In this document: positions 53,947 to 62,443 of the stretch, one piece after another
Layout of the letters: each line of letters starts with the position of its first letter
Numbering within the stretch: position 1 is the first letter of the stretch
From: Nanobdellota archaeon
Lineage (GTDB): Archaea > Nanobdellota > Nanobdellia > JAAOXT01
Assembly (NCBI GenBank): GCA_018221045.1
Contig: JAAOXT010000024.1
Span: 1 to 62,443 of the forward strand
Direction: 5' to 3'
DNA: 62,443 nucleotides
Position numbers and translations under genes: made by a program
The notes under the pieces: generated by a model
Told to the model about the DNA's origin: nothing
The model's database searches: none
What the model saw: only the letters and a program-made list of their open reading frames with translations

Positions 53947-54087
53947 ATGATGGAATATACTTGTTTCAACTGCAGGAAAATAATCGAGTTTGAAAAAAAA
54001 CTGAGAAAAATACGGTGCCCGTGGTGCGGTGGAAAAATATTGATGAAAATCAAACCAAAAATAGTCAAAAAAATAAAAGCACGATGA
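53947..54087 (+). CDS. rpoP: RNA polymerase subunit P (Rpo12)
   Basis: Not in the ORF track (46 aa): MMEYTCFNCRKIIEFEKKLRKIRCPWCGGKILMKIKPKIVKKIKAR; conserved position after L37ae. Confidence 0.93.
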   Translation: MMEYTCFNCRKIIEFEKKLRKIRCPWCGGKILMKIKPKIVKKIKAR

Positions 54088-54317
54088 AAATCACTTCAAC
54101 CATCGTATTCGAGTTCGCAGACCAAACTCGACGATTGAACGTGCAGAAAAGCTTGGAGCCCGACGTTCAAGGAGACAACAGGGAAAGATGCAAAGTAAAC
54201 GTCAACGGCTCAGGGAAAAAAATGAAAGTGGAAATGGAAGCGACTGACGAAACCGCGTTGAGGGCGAGCACGAACACGTATCTCAAAACAATCGCTTTAC
54301 TAAGAGGAGAACAATAA
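54084..54317 (+). CDS. pcc1: KEOPS complex subunit Pcc1
   Basis: SLEPD, EATDETALRASTNTYL; ATG 54084 overlaps the rpoP stop. Confidence 0.85.
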   Translation: MKITSTIVFEFADQTRRLNVQKSLEPDVQGDNRERCKVNVNGSGKKMKVEMEATDETALRASTNTYLKTIALLRGEQ

Positions 54318-54324
54318 AAAAAAA

Positions 54325-54666
54325 ATGAAGATGACACCCGATATCAAGGAAAAACTGATGAAAATGCAACAACTGCAACAACAACTAGAAATACTCATGT
54401 ACCAAAAACAAGGAATCAGCGTTAACGTAGCCGAAATCGAGAACGCCCTCAAAGAATTGGAAGCAACCAAAGACAAAGAAGTTTATGAAGTGGTTGGCTC
54501 GATAATGCTCAAAAGAAAAAGTGAAGATCTTAAGAAAAAATTATCAGAAAAGAAAGATGTTACTGAAATACGAAAAACGTCACTGGACAAGCAAATCGGC
54601 AGTCTAGCTGAACAATTAAAAAAGCTCAGAGAAGAAATAAACCAGGCCCTACCAAAAAAAGGATAA
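54325..54666 (+). CDS. pfdB: Prefoldin beta subunit
   Basis: Coiled coils flanking VYEVVGSIML. Confidence 0.93.
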   Translation: MKMTPDIKEKLMKMQQLQQQLEILMYQKQGISVNVAEIENALKELEATKDKEVYEVVGSIMLKRKSEDLKKKLSEKKDVTEIRKTSLDKQIGSLAEQLKKLREEINQALPKKG

Positions 54667-54669
54667 AAA

Positions 54670-54906
54670 ATGGACGCTGTTACCGCCATAAACGAGATAA
54701 TGGATGACTCCACCCTACCACGAACGGTTAGGGAGTGCTTAGATAAGGTTAGAACAACTCTAAACAAAGAAGAAGATTGGGAAGCAACCAAAGACGAAGT
54801 CATTCAAATGCTTGAAAAAGTCACTAGAGACCCTAACATGCCCACTTACACGCGAACCCAAATCTGGAGTATCGTCACAACCCTCGAACTAGCGCCAAAC
54901 CAATAA
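54670..54906 (+). CDS. UPF0147-family protein
   Basis: DSTLPRTVR, DPNMPTYTRTQIWSIV. Confidence 0.88.
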   Translation: MDAVTAINEIMDDSTLPRTVRECLDKVRTTLNKEEDWEATKDEVIQMLEKVTRDPNMPTYTRTQIWSIVTTLELAPNQ

Positions 54907-54980
54907 TGGAATTCCATAAAACATATAAAAGCAAACATAATTCTTTTTAAACAATCATAATAAACGAGTTAAAAAAAAAC

Positions 54981-55400
54981 ATGAAAAATCATTTTGGGAA
55001 AATAATAAAAAGATTATCCGAATCAAGTTCTGAAGACGCTTCAGGAGAAGATTACATTGAAATAAATTCTGAAGACATGAACAAAAGCACTGCAAAAATA
55101 ATGCTTAAATACTTCACCCTGAACGACTTTTCTGACGTTAAACCCGTACTTGACGCGCTGAGAGCAGGTTACACGATTGGCTTGATAAAGATTAGCCCTC
55201 TCAAGGAAAAAGACATCAGCGAACTGAAAAGAGCAGTGTCCAAGATTAAAAAGACTTGCTACGCTTTGGAAGGCGAGCTCATAGGTATTGATCAGAACTG
55301 GCTTGTCGCGGTTCCGTCTTACGTGAGCGTTTACAGAGAAAAAGTGGGTTCCGAGCAAGGAGCGGTGCCAGTATCAACGGATGATTTCGACGAATTATAA
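54981..55400 (+). CDS. sepF: Cell division protein SepF
   Basis: DVKPVLDALRAG, ELKRAVSKIKK, GELIGID..LVAVP. Confidence 0.85.
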   Translation: MKNHFGKIIKRLSESSSEDASGEDYIEINSEDMNKSTAKIMLKYFTLNDFSDVKPVLDALRAGYTIGLIKISPLKEKDISELKRAVSKIKKTCYALEGELIGIDQNWLVAVPSYVSVYREKVGSEQGAVPVSTDDFDEL

Positions 55401-55455
55401 AAAAAAAATATTTCTTTATTATTTATTTTATTCTTCTTTACTTTTTTCTTAAGAG

Positions 55456-56403
55456 TTGTCTGACGAACTTGAAATCGGAAGGGTTATAAACAAATTATTT
55501 GTTCCTCTCTTTTGTATGAAAGCAACAATGTGCAGCGATGTTGACGGCGACCTTAGCCAAGTTTTAGACCTTGACAACAGGGAAGCTCTAATACTTCTAG
55601 GGGATAACATTTCTAAACAGTCCTACATGAGGGGTTCCGTCGCAGGACTAATAGCTGAAACAAAGAGAGTTGCTAAAGAAGCGAAAGAACAATTTGACCA
55701 CGTCTTATGGTTAGATGGAAATGTTGACCTAAGGCCTGATTTCACTGAACTCGTCTTAAAAGATTTAGGAATCATCAGTTTGGCTGAAAAAATTTCAGGA
55801 GGAATTTATACTTCTCGTCTCGTCAGAAAAATTGGTGATAGCGTATTGGAAAGACCTATTTTATCTTTCGGTTCTGGCGCGTCCATTGGAGGACTGGAAC
55901 AATTCAAAACAGAAGAAACAGTTTTTAATAAATGGCTTAAGGATTTAGAGATCGAAGAATCCGGTGTGGAGGAACTCTTCACTAGAATTGGTTACCTGCC
56001 GAGTTCAAGTCTTTCCATGGGTCAAGAAGGTTTGAATCCTGTTTATTCGGGAAAACTTTTCTTCGAAACCTCTTCACGTCTAATCAAAGAGATTCCTTCC
56101 ACAAAAGAAGTGGTTATTGTAAATCATAACCCTCCTTTCATGGGTTTGATGATTGGTTACGAACAAACACCGAAACAAGATCTTGACCTAATAACTTGTT
56201 CAAACGTTCAAGGATTCTCACAGATAAAACATGTGGGATGTACTTATCTGAGAATGTTCACGAACTGGTTGAACGACACGGGAAACGGGGATAAAGCAGA
56301 GATTTACTGCGGTCACATAGAAGAGAGAGGGGGTTACGAAGGAATTATTGGACAAACCAGTGTTTACAACGTTGCAGAACACCCAAGAGTCATCGATGTT
56401 TAA
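55456..56403 (+). CDS. Calcineurin-like metallophosphoesterase, degenerate
   Basis: SDVDG, LGDN, DGNVD, NHNPP, CGHIEE. Confidence 0.65.
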   Translation: MSDELEIGRVINKLFVPLFCMKATMCSDVDGDLSQVLDLDNREALILLGDNISKQSYMRGSVAGLIAETKRVAKEAKEQFDHVLWLDGNVDLRPDFTELVLKDLGIISLAEKISGGIYTSRLVRKIGDSVLERPILSFGSGASIGGLEQFKTEETVFNKWLKDLEIEESGVEELFTRIGYLPSSSLSMGQEGLNPVYSGKLFFETSSRLIKEIPSTKEVVIVNHNPPFMGLMIGYEQTPKQDLDLITCSNVQGFSQIKHVGCTYLRMFTNWLNDTGNGDKAEIYCGHIEERGGYEGIIGQTSVYNVAEHPRVIDV

Positions 56404-57185
56404 ACAAGTATTCCTGAAACCCATAATCCTACCAAGAGACCAGCGGTTATGAAAGGCATTGCTGGGTAAAACTTCTTCCGCTCACCAATTAATAACAACA
56501 CGGCTAGGCCGAGGACCGCCCCGAATATTGTGAAGAACGCTGCGGCCATGCCGTAGGACGCTAAAACAACTCCTTGAAAAATCAGTGGCAGGGCGACGTC
56601 CCCTCCGCCAAGCACGAGCGCGCTTCCACGCCAATTAACAATCAATCCTGCGAACAGTCCTTGTTCCTTGTTTGATTTCGCGATCTTAACCATGTGCTTG
56701 GTCATGAAAACTGAAACGAAGTCGTAAGCACTGATGATTAAAAGAAAAATGATTATTGCCTGGAGGCTGAAAATCGTGGAGAAGAGCGCGCCAATGCTCG
56801 CGAACATCATCAGGTTCAAAAGGTTAGCGTAATACTCGTCCTTCTCGTGCAAGCGGATGAACGCCAAGATTCCCGCAATCAATAATGCGGTAACAGGTTC
56901 CAGAAACATGTATAAAAAAATGCTCGTGGTCGCGGTCACGGCTACGAAAAACCAGGCTTTCCAAACTTTCCACAACTGAAACTTGATGATTAAAAGGAAT
57001 ATGGTGGTGGCAATGCCTATGAATATTAGTAATGCGAGGACTGGCTGTTCTTTCTCGAAATCCGAGTGCTCCATACCGTAAGGCAGTTCACCCGCTTCCT
57101 GATAAAAGATGTTAACCCATAATCCGAGTAGTTGAGAAGCGACGAATAATGATAGCATTACTAACGAGACTTGAACTCCTTTCAC
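56400..57185 (-). CDS. Presenilin-like GxGD intramembrane aspartyl protease
   Basis: Multi-TM; YD in SAYDFVSVF, LGGGD, PAMPF. Confidence 0.85.
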   Translation of the reverse strand: MKGVQVSLVMLSLFVASQLLGLWVNIFYQEAGELPYGMEHSDFEKEQPVLALLIFIGIATTIFLLIIKFQLWKVWKAWFFVAVTATTSIFLYMFLEPVTALLIAGILAFIRLHEKDEYYANLLNLMMFASIGALFSTIFSLQAIIIFLLIISAYDFVSVFMTKHMVKIAKSNKEQGLFAGLIVNWRGSALVLGGGDVALPLIFQGVVLASYGMAAAFFTIFGAVLGLAVLLLIGERKKFYPAMPFITAGLLVGLWVSGILV

Positions 57186-58006
57186 TTCACGAACCTCGTC
57201 TCAATTTTGTCATTGATTGTTATGAAAACGCTTTGCCCGTCTGCGCCGTGACCCGCGTTCACGCATAACGTTTTTCCAATCATTTGTTTTCCCTGTCCTT
57301 CGTGAATGTGGCCTGCAACACACAGAGAGGGCTGGTATTTCTCGACCAAATAGCGGACAATGTTTGAGCCCAAGTGCTCGCCTTTAACCAAGTCCAGTTT
57401 CGTCTCGTTTGGAACGTTGTGCGATAAAAGAATCACCCTGCCTTTAGCCATTTTCATCTGCGCTTCAAGTCTCTGCACTATCTGTTGGTAACCCGCTTCC
57501 AAGACCAGACCTTTCTCTGTTAAAACTCCTTCCGGCCCGCTGGACATGCCGTAACCGATTATCGTAAACTCTTTGAACACGCCTCTCTGGAGTTCAAGGT
57601 TGAACACCCGCTTACAACCCTTAGTTATGTCTTTGAAATGATCTTTGAAATAATAATCCCAATAGTAGGGGGATTGCTTGTTCACTTCTTTCAGGAACCT
57701 GTCCCCGTACAAGTCCACGTTTCCAGGGACGATTAGGACGGGTTTTCCCCAAGAGTTAATCTTCTTAATCACTTTTCTAGCTGTTTTAATGGTGTGGTCT
57801 ATTAGCTCTTCTGCCTTATCCCTGCCTATCTCGTCGTACCAAGGTTCTTTGAATTCTCCGCTGTGTTCTTTGAATATTAATTCCCTGATTTTTTCGAAAT
57901 CCCCAAGGTCCCCTGTGCACAATACCGCGTCAAAATCCTCTTTAGGTTTCTTGGGCGGGACTCCGTGCAAGTCGCCGATAGCGTAAAACTTCATTTCTAA
58001 ACCCAA
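57182..58006 (-). CDS. Calcineurin-like metallophosphoesterase
   Basis: IGDLHG, TGD, PGNVD, SHNVP, AGHIHE. Confidence 0.9.
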   Translation of the reverse strand: MGLEMKFYAIGDLHGVPPKKPKEDFDAVLCTGDLGDFEKIRELIFKEHSGEFKEPWYDEIGRDKAEELIDHTIKTARKVIKKINSWGKPVLIVPGNVDLYGDRFLKEVNKQSPYYWDYYFKDHFKDITKGCKRVFNLELQRGVFKEFTIIGYGMSSGPEGVLTEKGLVLEAGYQQIVQRLEAQMKMAKGRVILLSHNVPNETKLDLVKGEHLGSNIVRYLVEKYQPSLCVAGHIHEGQGKQMIGKTLCVNAGHGADGQSVFITINDKIETRFVK

Positions 58007-58076
58007 TTAACTAATTCCTAGTTTAAAAGGTTTTTTTCGGAAGTCTTAAAAACTCTTTTCAGAAATATTTTGTGTA

Positions 58077-58568
58077 ATGGAGTTTGGGAAAGTGGTTCAT
58101 AATGGGGATTACACTAACATTCATATTCATACTAGGCAAGACCTTTCTTGTCTGGACTCCTTGTTCGAAACATTCCCTTTCGAAGAAATGCTCGTCACAC
58201 CTTTTGACTCGCTGATGACCGAATACGAGATTAATAAGATAAAAAAAGAACGAGAAAAACTATTAGAGGATTTAATAGAAGTTCAATGCGATTTCATGCA
58301 AGACTTCTTAAAAAAATTAATGCAAGCACGAGCAATACCGAATATTGACACAGAAAACCTTGATTCAGTAGTTTGTTATGATAAAAGGAACTGTTGCGTC
58401 CAATACAACCTTTTAAGTTTAGAGCCTCAACTGGATATGGATTTCCAGATTCACAAAAAAGAAGGGTCTTACGAAATCCGAATAAAAGGGTTGCCAGAAA
58501 GTTTTCCAAAGCTAGAACAAATCTCTTCTCCAGAACAGGACTGCACCGATAAAAGAGAATATGATTGA
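58077..58568 (+). CDS. Hypothetical protein
   Basis: 163-aa ORF; its 3' end overlaps corA by 57 nt. Confidence 0.45.
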   Translation: MEFGKVVHNGDYTNIHIHTRQDLSCLDSLFETFPFEEMLVTPFDSLMTEYEINKIKKEREKLLEDLIEVQCDFMQDFLKKLMQARAIPNIDTENLDSVVCYDKRNCCVQYNLLSLEPQLDMDFQIHKKEGSYEIRIKGLPESFPKLEQISSPEQDCTDKREYD

Positions 58569-59432
58569 CACGAGCATTGTTATCAAAAACGCTTGAGGAT
58601 GGTACTGGATTGGCAGTCGAATGTTCATGCCATAAATGCTCGCTATCAAAGTAGGAATCATGAGGATTATCGTGATTGAAGTTAAGAACTTCATGACCCT
58701 GTTCTGATTGTTCGAGATTATTGAAGCGAAAGCGTCCATAGTGTTTCCCAAAACGTTTGAATGAATGTTAACCAATTCCAAAGCTTCATCAAACTCGATT
58801 ATAACATCTTCTAATAACTCTCTCTCCTTCTCAAACCTTGTGAAAACCCGAAACCTGCCAAGTTTTCTTAACATGACACCTATTGATTTGATGGAAGTCA
58901 TGAAATAAACAAGTGCTTTCTCCAAACCCATCAGTTTTACGAGCGACTCATTCCTCACGGACTTTATGAGCTCTTCTTCCAGCAAGTAAGTCTTCCTATC
59001 AATCTCCCTCAAGAATTTGATGTAAAGCTTGGCTAAGCTTAACAGTAAGTTCAGAACGACTTGGTGTTTGCTTTTGGCGACAAACTTTTTCTTTTTAAGA
59101 ACAGATATTAAATCTGTTTGGTAATAGCAAATGGTTATCAAATAATTCTTGGTTAACATGATCCCCATCGGGACGGTGAGGTAAACGAGGTCCCCCACTT
59201 TTTTAGGAACCCTTATTATTATGAATTCATCATTCTCCAATTTCTCTATTCTGGGCAGTTCATCAACGTCTTTTATGGCTGATAGAACTTCTTCTTCAGG
59301 AATCCTTATTATCTTATTCAACTCTTCAAGCTCTTCACGAGTAGGTGCTTCAACGTTAATCCAGCAACCCTTCTCCGGCTTGGACAATGGTTTGAAACCA
59401 GTATTAGAAGGTTTTAGGAAATCAATCATCAA
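58512..59432 (-). CDS. corA: CorA-family magnesium transporter
   Basis: WINVEAPT, NRVMKFLT, IASIYGMN signature, two C-terminal TMs. Confidence 0.95.
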   Translation of the reverse strand: MMIDFLKPSNTGFKPLSKPEKGCWINVEAPTREELEELNKIIRIPEEEVLSAIKDVDELPRIEKLENDEFIIIRVPKKVGDLVYLTVPMGIMLTKNYLITICYYQTDLISVLKKKKFVAKSKHQVVLNLLLSLAKLYIKFLREIDRKTYLLEEELIKSVRNESLVKLMGLEKALVYFMTSIKSIGVMLRKLGRFRVFTRFEKERELLEDVIIEFDEALELVNIHSNVLGNTMDAFASIISNNQNRVMKFLTSITIILMIPTLIASIYGMNIRLPIQYHPQAFLITMLVSIIFSFIGAVLFWRRDLF

Positions 59433-59517
59433 ACAATTAATTATAAACAGTTATTTAAAAGCGTTTTCGCAAAAACAATGATTAACCATGTAATCTTAAA
59501 TCGTCGTCAAATCTTGC

Positions 59518-59763
59518 TTAAACATACCATTCCTGCGGTTTATCATCATCTTGTTTTTTAGGTGAGGAATTAATAACGTTTAATAATGAATTTAAGATGC
59601 GTTCAATATAGCTTGAATCAAGGATTTCATAATCGCTTTTAACCTTTTTCTTTGATACATTATAACTTATCGTATTATTGGCAAAAAGTTCTAGCAAGTA
59701 ACTAGGAATATGTGAACTACTCTCAGAATTGACGAGCAAATCTTTACCTAACATGTACCCCAT
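59518..59763 (-). CDS. Hypothetical protein (AT-rich)
   Basis: 81-aa ORF filling an intergenic gap. Confidence 0.35.
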   Translation of the reverse strand: MGYMLGKDLLVNSESSSHIPSYLLELFANNTISYNVSKKKVKSDYEILDSSYIERILNSLLNVINSSPKKQDDDKPQEWYV

Positions 59764-59857
59764 AAAATAATAAAAAAGAATTTGATTTAATAAGGGTTTC
59801 GTTGAGGTTAAGTCGATAAAATTTTAAATGGATAAACCCCTTTACAAAGGAATTGAA

Positions 59858-61744
59858 ATGAAAATAAAGCTGCCAGACGGTTCAATAATGGAATCACCTA
59901 AAGGACCCTCTGTTAAAAAAATCGCTGAAAAAATTGGTTCCGGCCTCGCAAAAGCCGCGCTGGCAGGAATGGTTGACGATGAATTAGTGGACCTTGATTA
60001 CAAGCTAGAAAAAGACTCTAACGTTAAAATCATCACTTACAAAAACCCTAAAGGCAAAGAAGTTTTCAATCACAGCGCTTCCCACGCAATGGCTCTTGCC
60101 ATCAAAAAAGTTTTTCCAAAAACCTTGTTCACCATCGGACCGGCAATCGAGAACGGGTTCTACTACGACATCAAACTGGACAAGAACTTGACGCCAGAAG
60201 ACCTTAAAGAAGTGCAGAAAGAACTTGACAAAATAATCAAGCAAGACTTGCCGTTCAATAAAGAAAAACTATCCAAAAAAGAAGCCCTTATTTTTTACAA
60301 AAAAAACAAGTTCAAACAAGAGATAATCAAAGAACAAAAAGGAGATCTTAGCTTCTACTCTCTCGGAAGTTTCAAAGACTTGTGCAAGGGGCCTCACGTG
60401 CCCAGCACGACTTACTTGAAAGCTGTTAAAGTCATGAAAAGCTCGGCGGCTTATTGGAGGGGTGACGCGAGCAAGGACGCGTTGCAAAGAGTTTACGGCA
60501 TAGCTTTTCCTGATAAGAAGGACTTGAAAAATTATTTGAAAATGTTAGAGGAAGCTGAGAAAAGAGATCATAGAAAGATTGGGAAAGAAATGGGGTTGTT
60601 CAGTTTTCATGAAGAAGCTCCGGGAATGCCTTTCTGGCAGCCAAAAGGAATGGCGTTGTGGAACGAACTCATGGATTTCTGGAGGGAAGAGCACAGAAAA
60701 GCAGGTTATCACGAAATTAAAACTCCTTTAATGCTTAACAAAAAACTGTGGGTGAAATCAGGCCACTGGAAGAATTATAGGGAAAGCATGTACACTCTCA
60801 AGATTGACAAACAAGATTACGCTATTAAACCAATGAATTGCCCTGGATGCATGCTCTGGTATGGGGAAAAAACTCACTCTTACAAAGAACTGCCTTTAAG
60901 AGTTGGGGAAGTGGGCTTGGTTCACAGGCACGAATTATCCGGGGTGTTGTCCGGATTGTTTAGGGCTAGGTGTTTCCATCAGGACGACGCTCACATTTTC
61001 ATGACTCCTGACCAGATTAAAACTGAAATCCTCGGAGTCCTAAAACTCGTGGACAAGTTTTACAAAACTTTCGGATTCGATTACACTTTAGAATTATCCA
61101 CCAGACCTAAAAAGTCAATAGGCACGGCCAAGCAATGGGAAACAACCACGAAACGCTTGAAAGAAGCTTTGGACTCGACAGGCAAGGACTATAAGGTTAA
61201 CGAAGGTGAAGGCGCGTTTTACGGTCCGAAAATAGACGTGCACGTGAAAGACGCTCTTGGCAGGTATTGGCAGTGCGCAACCATCCAATTGGACATGTCC
61301 CTGCCAGAAAGATTTGACCTCAACTACATTGGAAAAGATAACAGTAAACATAGGCCAATAATGATTCACAGAGTGATTTATGGGTCATTGGAAAGATTCA
61401 TCGGGATTCTCGTAGAGCATTACGCTGGCAAGTTCCCGTTATGGCTCTCCCCCACTCAAATCAAGGTCTTGAGCGTTTCGGACAAGCACGACGACCACGC
61501 TCAAAAAATCGCTGACCAATTATCAAAAAAATTTAGGGTCGAAACCGATTTCGAATCCAAAACCGTGCAGTACAAGATAAGGCAGGCTCAAATCGAAAGA
61601 GTTCCTTACACCATATTGATAGGGGATAAGGAAGTGAATAAGAAAACCTTGGCCGTGCGAACCCTAGCGGGCAAAGTGGGTTTCGGAGTAAAACTAAAAG
61701 ACTTTATAAAAAAATTGGAAAAAGAAGTTCACGAAAAAGCTTAA
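59858..61744 (+). CDS. thrS: Threonine--tRNA ligase, bacterial type (TGS plus SAD editing domain)
   Basis: IKLPDGS TGS, HSASH, DLCKGPHV, RDHRKIG, KPMNCPG, GAFYGPKID, HRVIYGSLERF; ATG 59828 is an alternative start. Confidence 0.97.
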   Translation: MKIKLPDGSIMESPKGPSVKKIAEKIGSGLAKAALAGMVDDELVDLDYKLEKDSNVKIITYKNPKGKEVFNHSASHAMALAIKKVFPKTLFTIGPAIENGFYYDIKLDKNLTPEDLKEVQKELDKIIKQDLPFNKEKLSKKEALIFYKKNKFKQEIIKEQKGDLSFYSLGSFKDLCKGPHVPSTTYLKAVKVMKSSAAYWRGDASKDALQRVYGIAFPDKKDLKNYLKMLEEAEKRDHRKIGKEMGLFSFHEEAPGMPFWQPKGMALWNELMDFWREEHRKAGYHEIKTPLMLNKKLWVKSGHWKNYRESMYTLKIDKQDYAIKPMNCPGCMLWYGEKTHSYKELPLRVGEVGLVHRHELSGVLSGLFRARCFHQDDAHIFMTPDQIKTEILGVLKLVDKFYKTFGFDYTLELSTRPKKSIGTAKQWETTTKRLKEALDSTGKDYKVNEGEGAFYGPKIDVHVKDALGRYWQCATIQLDMSLPERFDLNYIGKDNSKHRPIMIHRVIYGSLERFIGILVEHYAGKFPLWLSPTQIKVLSVSDKHDDHAQKIADQLSKKFRVETDFESKTVQYKIRQAQIERVPYTILIGDKEVNKKTLAVRTLAGKVGFGVKLKDFIKKLEKEVHEKA

Positions 61745-61880
61745 GAAAAACGGTTTTAATATCGGACAGCAATACGAAAAACTTTTTTAAGGATAAAATT
61801 ACTGGCTTGTAACAAAGAGGATTAAAATCTAATTCTACTCAAACACCCACAAAAAAAAATTTTTAGAGAGTGATTCAAAT

Positions 61881-62423
61881 ATGAATGACGCAATAAAAAA
61901 AGCTTCCAAAATATTAAAAGAAGGAGGAATCGTGATATACCCCACAGACACTGTTTACGGCCTGGGTTGCAACGCTTTCAACCGAAAAACTATCGAAAGA
62001 ATCAGGAACTTGAAAGGAAGGACTAACAAGCCTTTCAGCGTGGCAGTCGCGGACATAGAAGGCGTCCACTCCGTCGCGAAAGTGAATGAATGGCAGGAAG
62101 AAACATTGCTAAAAAACTTGCCCGGCGCGTACACGTTCGTCCTCGAAAAAAAAAGTTTTGTCCCGGACTCTGTCAGCAAGAAAGGTATTGGCGTCAGGAT
62201 TCCTGACCACGAGCACTGCCTAACTCTTCTGGAAAGCGTTGAATTTCCAGTGATAACCACGAGCGCTAACATTTCAGGCCAGAAACCTGCAAGAAGCGTT
62301 AAAGAAATCCCGAAAGAAATACTTGATAAAGTAGATTTTGTCGTGGACGCCGGCGAGCTCGGAGGCAAATCCAGCGCAGTCGTGGACCTCAAAAAGAACA
62401 CGTGGAAAGTGCTCAGAGCATGA
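61881..62423 (+). CDS. sua5: L-threonylcarbamoyladenylate synthase (short YrdC/Sua5 type)
   Basis: YPTDTVYGLG, KGRTNKP, PGAYT, GVRIPDH, TTSANISG. Confidence 0.95.
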   Translation: MNDAIKKASKILKEGGIVIYPTDTVYGLGCNAFNRKTIERIRNLKGRTNKPFSVAVADIEGVHSVAKVNEWQEETLLKNLPGAYTFVLEKKSFVPDSVSKKGIGVRIPDHEHCLTLLESVEFPVITTSANISGQKPARSVKEIPKEILDKVDFVVDAGELGGKSSAVVDLKKNTWKVLRA

Positions 62424-62443
62424 ATAAAGAAGTTGTCAAAAAA

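Overview
Compact, A-rich archaeal chromosome segment, most likely DPANN (Nanobdellota/Woesearchaeales-like). The lineage is inferred from the N-terminally extended uS14, a short FtF-type histone, a bacterial-type ThrRS and the near-absence of intergenic DNA. Core content: the L3-to-SecY ribosomal superoperon (13.6-27.3 kb), L14e and cbf5, the S13-S4-S11-rpoD-tRNA-Leu-L18e-L13-S9-rpoN-tRNA-Pro cluster joined to L37ae-rpoP-pcc1-pfdB, archease/rtcB, argS, thrS, sua5 and three tRNAs (Ser-TGA, Leu-GAG, Pro-TGG). Three genes missing from the ORF track were read from the sequence: a partial nucleotidyltransferase-fold gene, a 56-aa histone and rpoP. Most interesting accessory signals: (1) a candidate archaeal NrtR regulon, with three GT-N7-AC boxes abutting TATA boxes upstream of a nadA operon containing unknown genes and upstream of nrtR itself; (2) an operon of a TRAM-less methylthiotransferase, a P-loop kinase and a nucleotidyltransferase, with a 21-bp palindrome shared with a divergent TrmB-like regulator; (3) a cassette of a PD-(D/E)xK nuclease, an unknown Zn-ribbon protein and an archaemetzincin-like protease; (4) three tandem small 4-Cys paralogs inserted where adk/L34e/cmk normally lie; (5) a tRNA-Ser with an apparent compensatory A18/G55 elbow; (6) an exact 36-nt tail shared by rpl22 and rps3; (7) repeated flips of strand compositional bias. 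No CRISPR array, rRNA, integrase or transposase was seen. All protein calls come from motif recognition by eye, not from database searches.
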